A DNA stretch of 63,307 nt, filler included, from Pelomyxa schiedti (lineage: Eukaryota > Protista > Evosea): NCBI GenBank assembly GCA_020536535.1. It is 4 parts of 4 records of this genome, joined end to end, with 100 filler letters (N's around TTAATTAATTAA, not from the genome) between each part and the next. Parts side by side here need not be neighbours in the genome. Positions count along the whole stretch, not along the records: positions 1 to 18,366 come from JAHLWZ010001119.1; 3 more parts are not named here. One strand, written 5' to 3'. This document shows, one piece after another, positions 1 to 10,700 of the stretch; the stretch's first letter is position 1, and every line of letters begins with the position of its first letter. The notes under the pieces were generated by a model. It was not told the DNA's origin. It ran no database searches and saw only the letters and a program-made list of their open reading frames with translations. The translations under genes were made by a program, and so were the position numbers.

Positions 1-2956
1 TGCGTGGGACACAACAGGATTCTGGTGGAATCGGACTCTGATTGTCGGAGGGAAAAGATGTACCAAATTGAGGATGTGGGTCGTGAGACAATGCCCAGCA
101 GGAAGTCCGCTGCTCCTGGACCACGGGAAAAGTCCTTACCATTGTGCAACAGGAAGTGGGTAATAGGGTTCCCAAATCCCGATGTAACTTGCATTTGGAG
201 GGGAAGGGGTTTTTCACTAAACTCTTCATCTGCCTTGCCTCGATTTCCCAGCAGTCTCTCTCTTGTTTCCTGATGTTGTTGTTGATGATGGTGTCACCTC
301 CTTCGTTGAGAGCTTTGGGGACCACTTCTTTGCTGCTCCCCATTGTTGTTGTTGTGGTTGTTGGTCTTGCAGTTGCTGTTTGTAGCTGTGGTTTTGGTGG
401 GGTGAATGATGGTGGTGATGCCTCGTTTGGAGCAGAGGGTGACCTCCGCGGTGGTTGCTGTTGTTGTTGTTGTTGCTGTTGTTGTTGTTGTTGTTGCTGT
501 TGCTGTTGCTGTTGTTGTTGTTGTTGCTGCTGTTGTTGCTGGCCCGTTTTGGGAGAGGTGACGGCCTGTGTTGTTGTTGTTGATGATGAAGTTGTGGGTG
601 GACACATGGCTTGGAACACTTGATGTATTTGCTCATTTGTTGAGCTCTCGAGTGCTGTTTTTCCCTCCATGTTCTGTGCCAACAGGAAAATTACAACACA
701 TGTCAATCAAATGGGGGGGGGAACAACCTTGATGTGACTGCCAATACCCACACAAGACAGAAGTTGTTTCACAATTGCAACGTTTCCAATTCTGCAGGCA
801 AGATGAAGCGCGGTCTGAAAGAGAGAGACAAAAATTAAGCTTTGCGTCAAACATATAAATGAAAGAAAACAAAGACTACTGGGGAGGGTGGGTACGTACA
901 TCACCCTTTAAATTTGAAAGGGAGACCCCCCAAAAAAAGATAAAAATGAGTGACACAACGAGAACAAGAAAAAAAAAAGTTGTACTTGCTGAAAAATAAG
1001 AAGGTGAGAACAGGAAAGATTCAAGGAGTGGAGCTCATACAATCTGCCACAGTGCAAAATAGCAGAAAAATCGTGGAAAGTTAGAACAAAAGCTGCCAGG
1101 GAGTGGAGACTTACTCCCTTATGGCAACAACAACAGTAACAAAAAGGATATAAAGTGTTGCATAGAAAAATTGAAGCAGGTCAGAAAATTTGATGAATAA
1201 ACGCAATAAAAAGGGTTGGGAGCAGTTACGCACAATCTTAACATGCCACAGAGTGAAGCAAAGAGAGATAAATTGAAGTAAGTCAGAAAATTTGATGAAT
1301 AAACACAATAAAAAGGGTTGGGAGCAGTTACGCACATGCTGAACATGCCACAGAGTGAAGCAAAGAGAGATGGATTGAAGCAAGTCAGAAAATTGAAGAA
1401 TAAACGCAATAAAAAGGGTTGGGAGCAGTTACGTACAAACTTAACATGCCACAGAGTGAAGCAAAGAGAGATGAATTTAAGGAAGTCAGAAAATTGAAGA
1501 GTAAACGCAATAAAAAGGGTTGGGAGCAGTTACGCACAGGCTAAACATGCCACAGAGTGAAGCAAAGAGAGATGAATTGAAGCAAGTCAGAAAATTGAAG
1601 AGTAAACACAATAAAAAGGGTTGGGAGCAGTTACGTACAAACTGAACATGCCACAGAGTGAAGCAAAGAGAGATGAATTTAAGGAAGTCAGAAAATTGAA
1701 GAGTAAACACAATAAAAAGGGTTGGGAGCAGTTACACACAGGCTGAACATGCCACAGAGTGAAGCAAAGAGAGATAAATTGAAGCAAGTCAGAAAATTGA
1801 AGAGTAAACACAATAAAAAGGGTTGGGAGCAGTTACGCACAATCTGAACATGCCACAGAGTGAAGCAAAGAGAGATGGAGTGAAGCAAGTCAGAAAATTG
1901 AAGAATAAACGCAATAAAAAGGGTTGGGAGCAGTTACGCACATGCTGAACACGCCACAGAGTGAAGCAAAGAGAGATAAATTGAAGCAAGTCAGAAAATT
2001 GAAGAGTAAACACAATAAAAAGGGTTGGGAGCAGTTACACACATACTGAACATGCCACAGAGTGAAGCAAAGAGAGATGAATTTAAGGAAGTCAGAAAAT
2101 TGAAGATAAAACACAATAAAAAGGGTTGGGAGCAGTTACACACAGGCTGAACATGCCACAGAGTGAAGCAAAGAGAGATAAATTGAAGCAAGTCAGAAAA
2201 TTGAAGAATAAACGCAATAAAAAGGGTTGGGAGCAGTTACGCACATGCTGAACACGCCACAGAGTGAAGCAAAGAGAGATAAATTGAAGTAAAGTCAGAA
2301 AATTTGATGAATAAACACAATAAAAAGGGTTGGGAGCAGTTACGCACAGGCTGAACATGCCACAGAGTGAAGCAAAGAGAGATAAATTGAAGCAAGTCAG
2401 AAAATTGAATAGTAAACGCAATAAAAAGGGTTGGGAGCAGTTACACACGGGCTGAACATGCCGCAGAGTGAAGCAAAGAGAGATGAATTGAAGCAAGTCA
2501 GAAAATTGAAGAGTAAACGCAATAAAAAGGATTGAGAGTTATGGCAGTACGTACAGGCAACTCCTGGAATTGCGTTTTTAGAGGAAAGGGAATGAAAACA
2601 TAATCAGGATAGTGTTACACACAATCTGTGAAGTGAGAGATACAAGTTTGTGAGTGAGTGAGCACCTCAAAAATACCTGAGAATTGACATCGACATTCAT
2701 TGACAACAGGAACTCAACGCACTGTGCTTTCCCTGACCACGTGGCCACATGCAACGCTGTCTGTGTGTGTGTGTGAAAAAAAAAAAAGGGTTGTAGCAAT
2801 GCACACCACTAGCTGTGGTTCCCTGGAGACAGAGTTTAGAAGGTCGCGGTCGGCGGCCAGCAGACGCCGCAGTGCGTCACTGTCGCCACGACGCGCGGCC
2901 TGGAACCACCCCCAGGGTCCCACGCGTGGCCCGTTGCGTGACTTTGTTGTCATCAT
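1..2956 (-). CDS. Ankyrin-repeat protein with microexon-encoded hairpin loop and poly-Q/low-complexity C-terminal region (3' end probably runs off window)
   Basis: Exons read manually: 2956-~2807 (WFQAARRGDSDALRRLL), 2760-2677 (TALHVATWSGKAQCVEFLLSMNVDVNSQ), microexons 2625-900, 814-728 (TALHLACRIGNVAIVKQLL...HIK), and 673 downward (NMEGKTALES...poly-Q). Junctions are GT-AG and phase 0. TALH motifs match the ankyrin consensus. Confidence 0.85.
455..541 (-). repeat. (CAA/CAG)n trinucleotide repeat encoding poly-Gln in the ankyrin protein
   Basis: TTG/CTG run on the + strand, in frame with the exon starting at 673. Confidence 0.85.
900..2625 (-). other. Cluster of 17 candidate single-codon microexons plus 9-nt (ELP, 2563-2555) and 6-nt (GD, 905-900) microexons
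   Basis: Each has AG immediately 5' and GT immediately 3'. Implied introns are 51-116 nt, and all triplets are sense codons. Confidence 0.7.
1166..2531 (-). repeat. ~101-bp tandem repeat, ~13.5 units; each unit is a candidate intron plus a 3-nt microexon
   Basis: GTCAGAAAAT recurs at about 1180, 1282, 1384, 1485 ... 2497. On the minus strand every full unit reads GT(G/A)(C/T)GT...CTGAC...pyrimidine tract...(C/A/T)AG followed by a variable triplet. Confidence 0.95.
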
Positions 2957-3141
2957 GAGACAAAACTCAATTCGCGTTGTTGAGACAAAAATTAGAAATT
3001 CGCCACTTTGTGGGTTTCCAAAGTGTCGTGAGGTGTTGAATTTCGTGTGTTGTGGTGAGTGTCGTGTGTTGTGTGGGTTCTGCCTGTGGGTGTCCCGTCA
3101 GCGGCACCGATAACAAACACGAAGGAACAAAAACATGCTGA

Positions 3142-3790
3142 AGTCCCCAGTCCCCAACAAGAATCAAGACCTGGCCCACAAAGCAGGGAGGTCTAGGCCT
3201 CCCTGACTTCGAAGCACTACACAAAATATGCATCCAAAGCTCCTGGCATGAAACTAGCCACCTTCCCCCTGTGTTAAATACTCAGCCCCTCTTCATCAAT
3301 CCTCTTCCAGATAAATTAGTGCAGGAACTCCAAGGAAAGGAACCCACGGCAAAACTCCAAAAGAAGATAGCTAGGTTGCATTTTGAGGAGAACCAGCACA
3401 ACTGGATGAACAATGCCTCCCTTGTGGAGAAATCCATTGTACACTGGTGTGCTTTTGGGGCCGGAATTTCCTGCAAGTGGGTAAAACTTCGTGCAAAGCA
3501 GCCTAACAGTGAACATGAACTTTGCAGGCGAACTTCGCAAGCGAATTTTTCAAACAAAGTTGTGTGGAAGTCAGCTCTCCTGATTTTGCCTGGATAGAAA
3601 CCTGCTTTGGTACCATCAAGCAAAATCTGAGAAATCCGTAAGAACACAAACTCATCAACCAGCACAATCTGGAGGCATGGCTTTATGCTGAAGCTGAAAA
3701 CATAACAGGAAGTATGGTTTCCGCCTATGCAGCACACTGTCATTACTTTGTTCCAGGACAAGTCAACCTTATGAAAAGTGTGCTTTTGGC
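3142..3790 (+). mobile_element. Degenerate fragment resembling the post-RT region of a non-LTR retrotransposon
   Basis: The frame of ORF 3271-3597 extends upstream as WPTKQGGLGLPDFEALH, and PxxxGGLG is typical just after LINE RT domains. It has in-frame stops and no introns. Confidence 0.4.
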
Positions 3791-3795
3791 ACAAT

Positions 3796-4032
3796 CACTG
3801 TGATTCCAAATCAGACCCAGAGTGGGTTCAAAGCTGTTCCCAAAGAGTGGTCTCAAAATGTGAAAAAACACTACCCAAGTGGAGAAAGTGGAGGTAAAAT
3901 CACAATGGGCTCGATGTGGGAGCGAGTGAGAGCGAGAGCGAGAGCAAGGGGTGTTAGTGCTGAGGTGAAGTGGGTGGAGGCGGAAGTAAAGCCTGACATT
4001 GCACTCTGTTCATCAGCCCTTCTGGCATCCAG
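3796..4032. repeat. Dispersed repeat family A, short internally deleted copy
   Basis: Starts CACTGTGATT and aligns by eye to copies at 4162, 43497 and 45514. Confidence 0.85.
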
Positions 4033-4161
4033 CAAATCGTGATGCCCTCGAAAGTGCCTGGATGCTTGGAGTGTGTCACTTCCAGGGAGAGGGTGTGCCA
4101 AGAGACTGGGCCAAGGCAGTGACCCTCTTTAAGCAGTCCAGCGCCAAGGGTGGTGCAGATG

Positions 4162-5953
4162 CACTGTGATTCCAGATCCCACCCAGAGTGGGTTCCAAGC
4201 TGTTCCCAAAGGGTGGTCTCAAAATGTGAAAAAACACTACCCAAGTGGAGAAAGTGGAGGTAAAAAACACAACAGGCTCGATTTGGGAATTCCCATTGTG
4301 GACACACAGTGGTCCCCATGTGGACCCTGTTCCAGCTCCCTCATCCCCATGTACTTTCAGAAAGAAACTTTTTTTTTTCTTTTGCCTGAAGTCGAAAACC
4401 AACTTCAGGCCAGGCCACATCATGGAGAGGTGTAGGTTGGGAATGTGGAAGTGTGGACTGTAGGAGTCCAGTGGAGTGGTGGGTGTGTAGGAGCGAGAGC
4501 GAGAGCGAGAGAATGAGAGCGAGAGCGAGAGAATGAGAGCGAGAGCGAGAGAGAATGAGAGCGGGAGCGAGAGAGAATGAGAGCGGGAGCGAGAGAGAAT
4601 GAGAGCGAGAGCAAGAGCAAGGGGTGTTAGTGCCGAGGTGAAGTGGGTGGAGGCGGAAGTAAAGCCTGACATTGCACTCTGTTCGGCAGTCCTTCTGGCA
4701 TCCCACAGGGTCCTGTTGTTGTTGAGTGGGGTGATAATAAAAAGGGAATGTACCTTGGTAACAGATTGAGTAACTACACCTAAATAATATCTTGAGCCTG
4801 GAGAAAAAGTCAAAAAAAAAAAAAGAAGAAGAAGCCACCTACCAAGGAGGTCACAAAGTGCTGGAAATGCAGAAAAGGGCAGAGATAGTCGACACATTTA
4901 CCTGTCATGGTTTAATGTGGTGATCATACAAAGAGAGAGGGGGATTACCTTGGTGATGACAGGCTTTCATCAGCAGCTGGCAAGTTGCTACACCTGGTCT
5001 CAAGTGTGAGAAATCGAAAAAGAAAAACAGAGAAGTACCTGGTTCAAGTCTGTCTTGGTGCCACAGAAATCGAAAAAGAAAAAAGGAGGAGTCACACACC
5101 AGCGCCACAAGGTGCCGGAAACAGAAGACCCATTTCAACACAGGTGGAATGCGGGAAAAGAAAAAACAAATCTGGGTCAGGGAATAGTGGGGTGGACAAT
5201 GAAAAGGTGAAAACCTGATGAGGAAAAGCGGAGCAGAGCTGCACACGCAATTCCCCTGAGTGGTGTCAGTAGGGGAGACCTATTATGTTTAAGTTTGGGG
5301 TGACGATGAAAAGGAGAGGGGGATTTACCATGGTGACAGGCTGTCATGGATGAGAAAAAGAAGAAATAACATACCAGTGGCTGAGCTGCTGAAAGTCACA
5401 GAGGGCCCCAATGCCAACACTCCCATGTGCATACAGCGTGAATGTGTAAAAAGGACCTAGAGAGTGGAGGTGAGTGATATATTGGGGGGTACTCAAAGAA
5501 GAGGAATACTGGTGGAATGGAGCCGAGCCGCACACGCATTCTGCTGACGTCCACAACACCACCTGGTTTTCAAATGTGAGAATCGAAAAAGAAAAACGGA
5601 GAAGAGAAATGGAAACATACTGCTGTGCCCCTTCTCCTCGTCATTGAATCTTCAATGACCTGTGTTGTTGTGAACAAAAACAAAAACAAGACCAGCCAAA
5701 CAAAATAAAACAAACTTAAATCACACGAGACAAAGAAAAACAAAGTAACACAAAAAGAACTGTGTGAAGCGTAGCTTCAACAGTTCGAGAAAAAAAAAAC
5801 CAAAACAAAACTGAGAAACAACAAAGACTGGTGCGATAAGGCGCAATAAAATCAATATAAATAAAAAAATTAAAAACAAGCACATTGGGAAAAAAAACCG
5901 ATACTGACGACTGAACGACCTGTGTCCCCAAAAGGTGACGTTTTGTCACACCA
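4162..5953. repeat. Dispersed repeat family A, long copy (~1.8 kb) with internal GA-rich microsatellite
   Basis: Colinear with 45514-47277 along its whole length; no credible ORF. Confidence 0.85.
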
Positions 5954-6220
5954 CCATCCACCGTTACGGCACACCCGGCCCGGCCACCAAACGGCAAAAA
6001 TTTATATTTTATTTGTTCCTTCTTTGCAATTGAAACGAAAGAGACAGAAACAACATGTTCCCCGAAACTCCACACACTAAGCACCAAGTCAGATCGTCTT
6101 GCTGCAGTCTGCACCAAATGAGGGGAGACAAGTGCATAAACAATGAACTCAGTTAATTAATCCTGGGCGCGTTGTTCCCTTCCCAGTTGGCGCAGATCGA
6201 CTTCTGTCTGACTTAGTGTT

Positions 6221-6883
6221 ATGGAGAGACTCCCCACTTTGGGTTTCCACTACCAATTTGGGCACGAATTCAGCTCTCCAATGTGCATACAAAATTGTGT
6301 GAAATCTCCCCGATCCATCCAAATTGGGGAACGTGGGCACACTTTGGATTCAGGGTGTGCACATCATGTGTGGTGTGACCTGTGGGGGTGTGGGGTGAGA
6401 AAGGATGTGGCAAAGGCACTGGCATTGCTTGAGGCTGCTTGTATGGCTCTGCAGCCCATGTGTTCCTTGGGTACTGCCAGGAAATCAGCCCTGGTGGTGG
6501 TGACCTGCACAAGTCTCGTGAGTTGTACAATGAGGGGAACAAGGGACCAGAGAGTGTATCTCCAGAGAGGTGACTGTGGCCCAGAAACAGACAGGGTCAG
6601 GGCTGCCGCTTTTTCCTGATGGGAGCTGAAGGTGGGGATTGCATTTCAATGTTTCACCTTGGTGTGCCTCAGTGATGGTGATGGTGTGGAACCTCACCTT
6701 TCCAAGTCACATTTCTGGTTTGAGAAGGCCGCTCTACTTGGTCACAAGGAGGCGTCAAGGGCACTTCTCTCTCTGGTGGTTCCTCCTCAACCTCATCCAG
6801 GAGAGCAATTCATTGAGAATGGACAGAGCAATGATGCTACCACGATTCGCCTGAAGAAGGATACAAGGTCGGCACAGTCTTAG
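6221..6883 (+). pseudogene. Degenerate Sel1-like repeat gene fragment
   Basis: SLR-like pieces in different frames: GVRKDVAKALALLEAA, MCSLG(Y)C, CLSDGDGVEPHLSKSHFWFEKAALLGHKEA. Confidence 0.45.
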
Positions 6884-7765
6884 TTATCTTAAACATACTT
6901 AGAGTGCTTCTTTAAACAGAGAAGAGACGAATTAACCAGAAGAATTGAAGAGGTAAGAGGAGAAAAAAAACTACCAGAGGACTAACACAAAAAAGCTGCA
7001 AAGTGAGAAGACCCAACTTCAGAGGCGTCTTGATGAAGCAGAAGCAAGAACTTGGGGAGAGCCGAGTGTGTCATCCTCTTGTTGGTTCCAAATCATCCAA
7101 ATGTGATCCACCCTCTTGGTGCAATGGTGATGCCAAGGTTCTTGTGGAAAAGACAGTTTACTGGGAACTGTGCCACAACATTTTTTGCCCTTGTTCTTTT
7201 TTTCCTTCTTGCCAATTGACAACTCCAAGTGCCCTGTTCTTATCAACCTCTTCATCCAAGGACTCAAGGCAGTACACCACATTGAGTCCTGTTCCATTGT
7301 GCACAGGTTTATTTTTTCCTCTATCTCTCTCAGTGACCCACAATCACACACAGGGACATCAAGGGAGCTAACATTCTTGTTGACCCCAGCACTGGAAAAC
7401 TTACAGTGATTGATTTTGGTGAGGCTCAGCACTGCCCCAACACCAACCTCCAGCTTACAGTGTCAACAACATCGCAGCCATGACGCACTCGCACAGCTCA
7501 CTTCAGATACCATTGATCGCCTCCGCAGGCATAAAAGTCATCACATTCAATTGTGTGCCAGGAGGGACCAACCCTCCTTGTCATCATCCCCAAAAAACCA
7601 TTTTCTGACTCGAAAGAACAAGACGAAAAGACACAACAAACAAAAAAATCATCTGGTATCTGGTATCGCGTGCCCCCATCAGACGCTCAGTCCCAACACA
7701 ACCATACACTCTCAAATCAGAAATCTATCTTCTAACTGCACACACTAGCTGGTTGTTCCCACAGA

Positions 7766-10700
7766 ATGAGCGGGTGGAACCTTTACGTGTCGGCCAACTT
7801 CAACACAACGAGGCAACAACAACCGAGCGTCGTTTCGGATGATGGGTCCGGGGGCATTGTTTTGGACCAGACGCCATCGCGAGTGACTCAGATACTCGCA
7901 GCTCAGTGGAAGTCATTGCCTCCAAACGAAAAACAGGTTATTTATGATTCTTCTCGCTCACCCCTCATTTAGTGTTTTATTGGGCCATTTGAGCATATAT
8001 AATAATTTAAACAACCGCGGTTTTATTCCCCCATTTTTTTTTTCGAAAATAATAACAGAATAATTGAACAGTGCTCCTGCGATTCAGTTTTGGTGTTGGT
8101 GCTACTGTGTTTAAAAATTACTCTGGCCTTTTTTTGTGTCGAAAGCAATAAATAATATAAACAATAAATAACGTTAATGCCCGTTTTGTTCAGTTGGGGT
8201 GTTGGTGGTGTTATTGTGTTTACCAGTAACCATTTTTATATATTATCAGGAATGGCAAACGAGAGCCAAAGCTGCTCGCTGCTGTACTTCCAAAAAATCA
8301 TCCGTGAATGAATCTCCAAAGGGAAGTTCGATTGAACTTGCTGCTTCACCCACCACCACAACTTGTATTGTTAATTCTGCTCCTGCTGCTTCCACTCCTT
8401 CTGTGAAGAGGAGGCCGATGTCATCGTACCTGATATTTGCTTCACAGAAAAGAGCCCAGGTGATGGAATCACTTGGATCAGATGCAAAACAGACCGCTGT
8501 GATGATTGAGCTTGCTCGTCTGTGGAAATCAATGTCGGAGGCTGAGAAACAGGTCTGTATGTTGCGTGTCCCCCCCCCCCCCCCCCCCCCCCCCCCACTT
8601 CCTTTTTATCACTGTTTCTTTTCTCACATTCTTTTTTTTCCTCACCCTTCTTGTCAACACACAGCCATTTGTTGATCTTTCTGAGGAACAAAAAAGACAG
8701 TTCAACCAGGAGCAGCACCTTTCCTCCTCACAACAAAGGGGGGGTGACTACAAAGATGATGACGACGATTCCGAGGAAGAGACATCCTCCTCTGCTGACG
8801 AAGAAGATAACAATCCCCCAAAAACCACAACAAAGGAGGCAACAGCGGTAGCCACCAACCAACATCAGCAGCGACCGAAGACTGCTTACATGATCTTCGT
8901 GGATCAGAAACGAGAACAAGTGCGGAATTCCCTTGGACCCTCTGCCAAAACGATGGATGTTATAAGGGAGCTGGCAAACATGTGGAAATCCCTGTCCGAT
9001 GCTGAGAAGAAGGTATGGTTTCTTCTTCTCCCTTCCTCCTCTCTTCTCACATTTCTCAATACAAACAAACAGCCCTTTTTGGACCTTGCTTCCCAACAGC
9101 GGCAACCACAGCCACCTCCATCACAGACTTATTGCTGTGCACCACAGCCGGGCATCATCGCATGCAACCTTTCAGCCACAACCGCATCTGCAACAGCATC
9201 ATCGGAGCAACCCTTGTCCTTTGGTGTTCGCAGACTGCCCCTTTCAAAGCCAGTGAAAACCAGTGACTCTGAAGACGATTCTTCATCAAAATCGTCGGAG
9301 GACGACGATGACAACTCCAATGATCCGCCGGCAAAGAAGATTCCAGCCAAGCACCAGCACAAAATTCGCCGAGACGTCAACGCACCCAAGAGGCCAATGA
9401 CACCTTACCTTGTTTTCGCGCATGAAAGGCTGCCACAGCTCAGAGCCAGTTCACCTCAATTGCCTCAACGTGAGGTTCTGCAACAGGTGGGAAAGGAGTG
9501 GACCGCACTCTCAGAGACTGAGAGGCAACCATACGTCGACAAGGCCGAGACCCAAAGGGTGCAGTATCAAAACGAGCTTCAAGTGTACATTCAGAAACGA
9601 GACCAAGCGGAATCTTCTGCTTCTGCTTCTGTTTCTGTTGCTTCCCCTACAACATTAACATTACTGCCGGCATCAACAGAAGGTGCTGTGAAGAATGACT
9701 GTGGGGAGCCCGGTGGATTGAAAGAGATGCCTGCTTCATCATCAACTGGCTCCGCCGTGAAGAGCAGGCCGATGTCATCGTACATGATATTCGCTTCACA
9801 GAAAAGAAATCAGGTGCGGGAGTCACTTGGTCCAGATGCAAAACAGACCGCTGTGATGATTGAGCTTGCCCGTATGTGGAAATCAATGTCGGAGGCTGAG
9901 AAACAGGTTCCTTTTTTTATTATTATTTGCGTTTCTTCCCTCATTCTCACACAAGCCATTTGTTGATCTTGCTGAAGAACAAAAAAGGCAGTTCCACCAC
10001 CAGCAGCAGAACTTTGCTGCTTCTTCAGGCATCCCCTCTTCTTCATCGTCTTGTTGGACTGCAGTGATTAATCCCACCGCCACTGCACAACAACCACAGC
10101 CAACAAACAACGTCAAAAGCACAAATGAGGACGATAACTCAGCGGCACCACAGCCGTTTGTGGATCTTGCTGCTGAAAAACGCCGAAGTGACAACAACAA
10201 AGGAGTTCCTCACACAACCCCCAGTCCGGCATCAATTATTCCTCCGCATTCCGGCAACGGGGAGGATGATGACTCCAACGAGGAAGAAGATGAAGATGAG
10301 GATGAGGATGAGGATGAGGATGAGGATGAGGATGAGGATGAGGATGAGGATGAGGATGAGGATGAGGATGAGGATGAAGAGGAGGAGGAGGAAAGTGAAA
10401 ATGGCGAATCGGAAGCATCCTCTGATAGTGATGATGAGGACTCCCACAACCGGCCTGAAAAGAATATCAAGCCAGCAATGGTTGCGGTGAAGAGGCCAAT
10501 GTCATCATACATGATATTCGCCTCACAGAAAAGAGAGCAGGTGCGGGAATCACTTGGTCCGGATGCAAAACAGGTTGCTGTGATGATGGAGCTTGCCCGT
10601 TTGTGGAAATCAATGTCGGAGGCTGAGAAACAGGTCTGTGTGTTGCGTGTTTGTTTGTTTGTTTCCCTCTTTCTTCATCAAATATTCTCTTCTCACTCCT

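Noticed and set aside
144-636. Poly-Cys, poly-Asn and poly-Thr ORFs
   Set aside because: Alternative frames of the poly-Gln trinucleotide tract
1166-2531. CRISPR array, or coding repeat as suggested by the overlapping minus-strand ORFs
   Set aside because: There are no unique spacers and no cas genes. The 101-bp unit shifts frame at every copy, so the listed ORFs are artefacts of intronic sequence.
3796-3802. V(D)J-like RSS recombination signal
   Set aside because: Only a heptamer-like sequence; no nonamer at 12/23 spacing and no recombinase seen
4076-4897. 273-aa ORF with SR/LA repeats
   Set aside because: Arises from the GA microsatellite in repeat A and is not conserved in frame between copies
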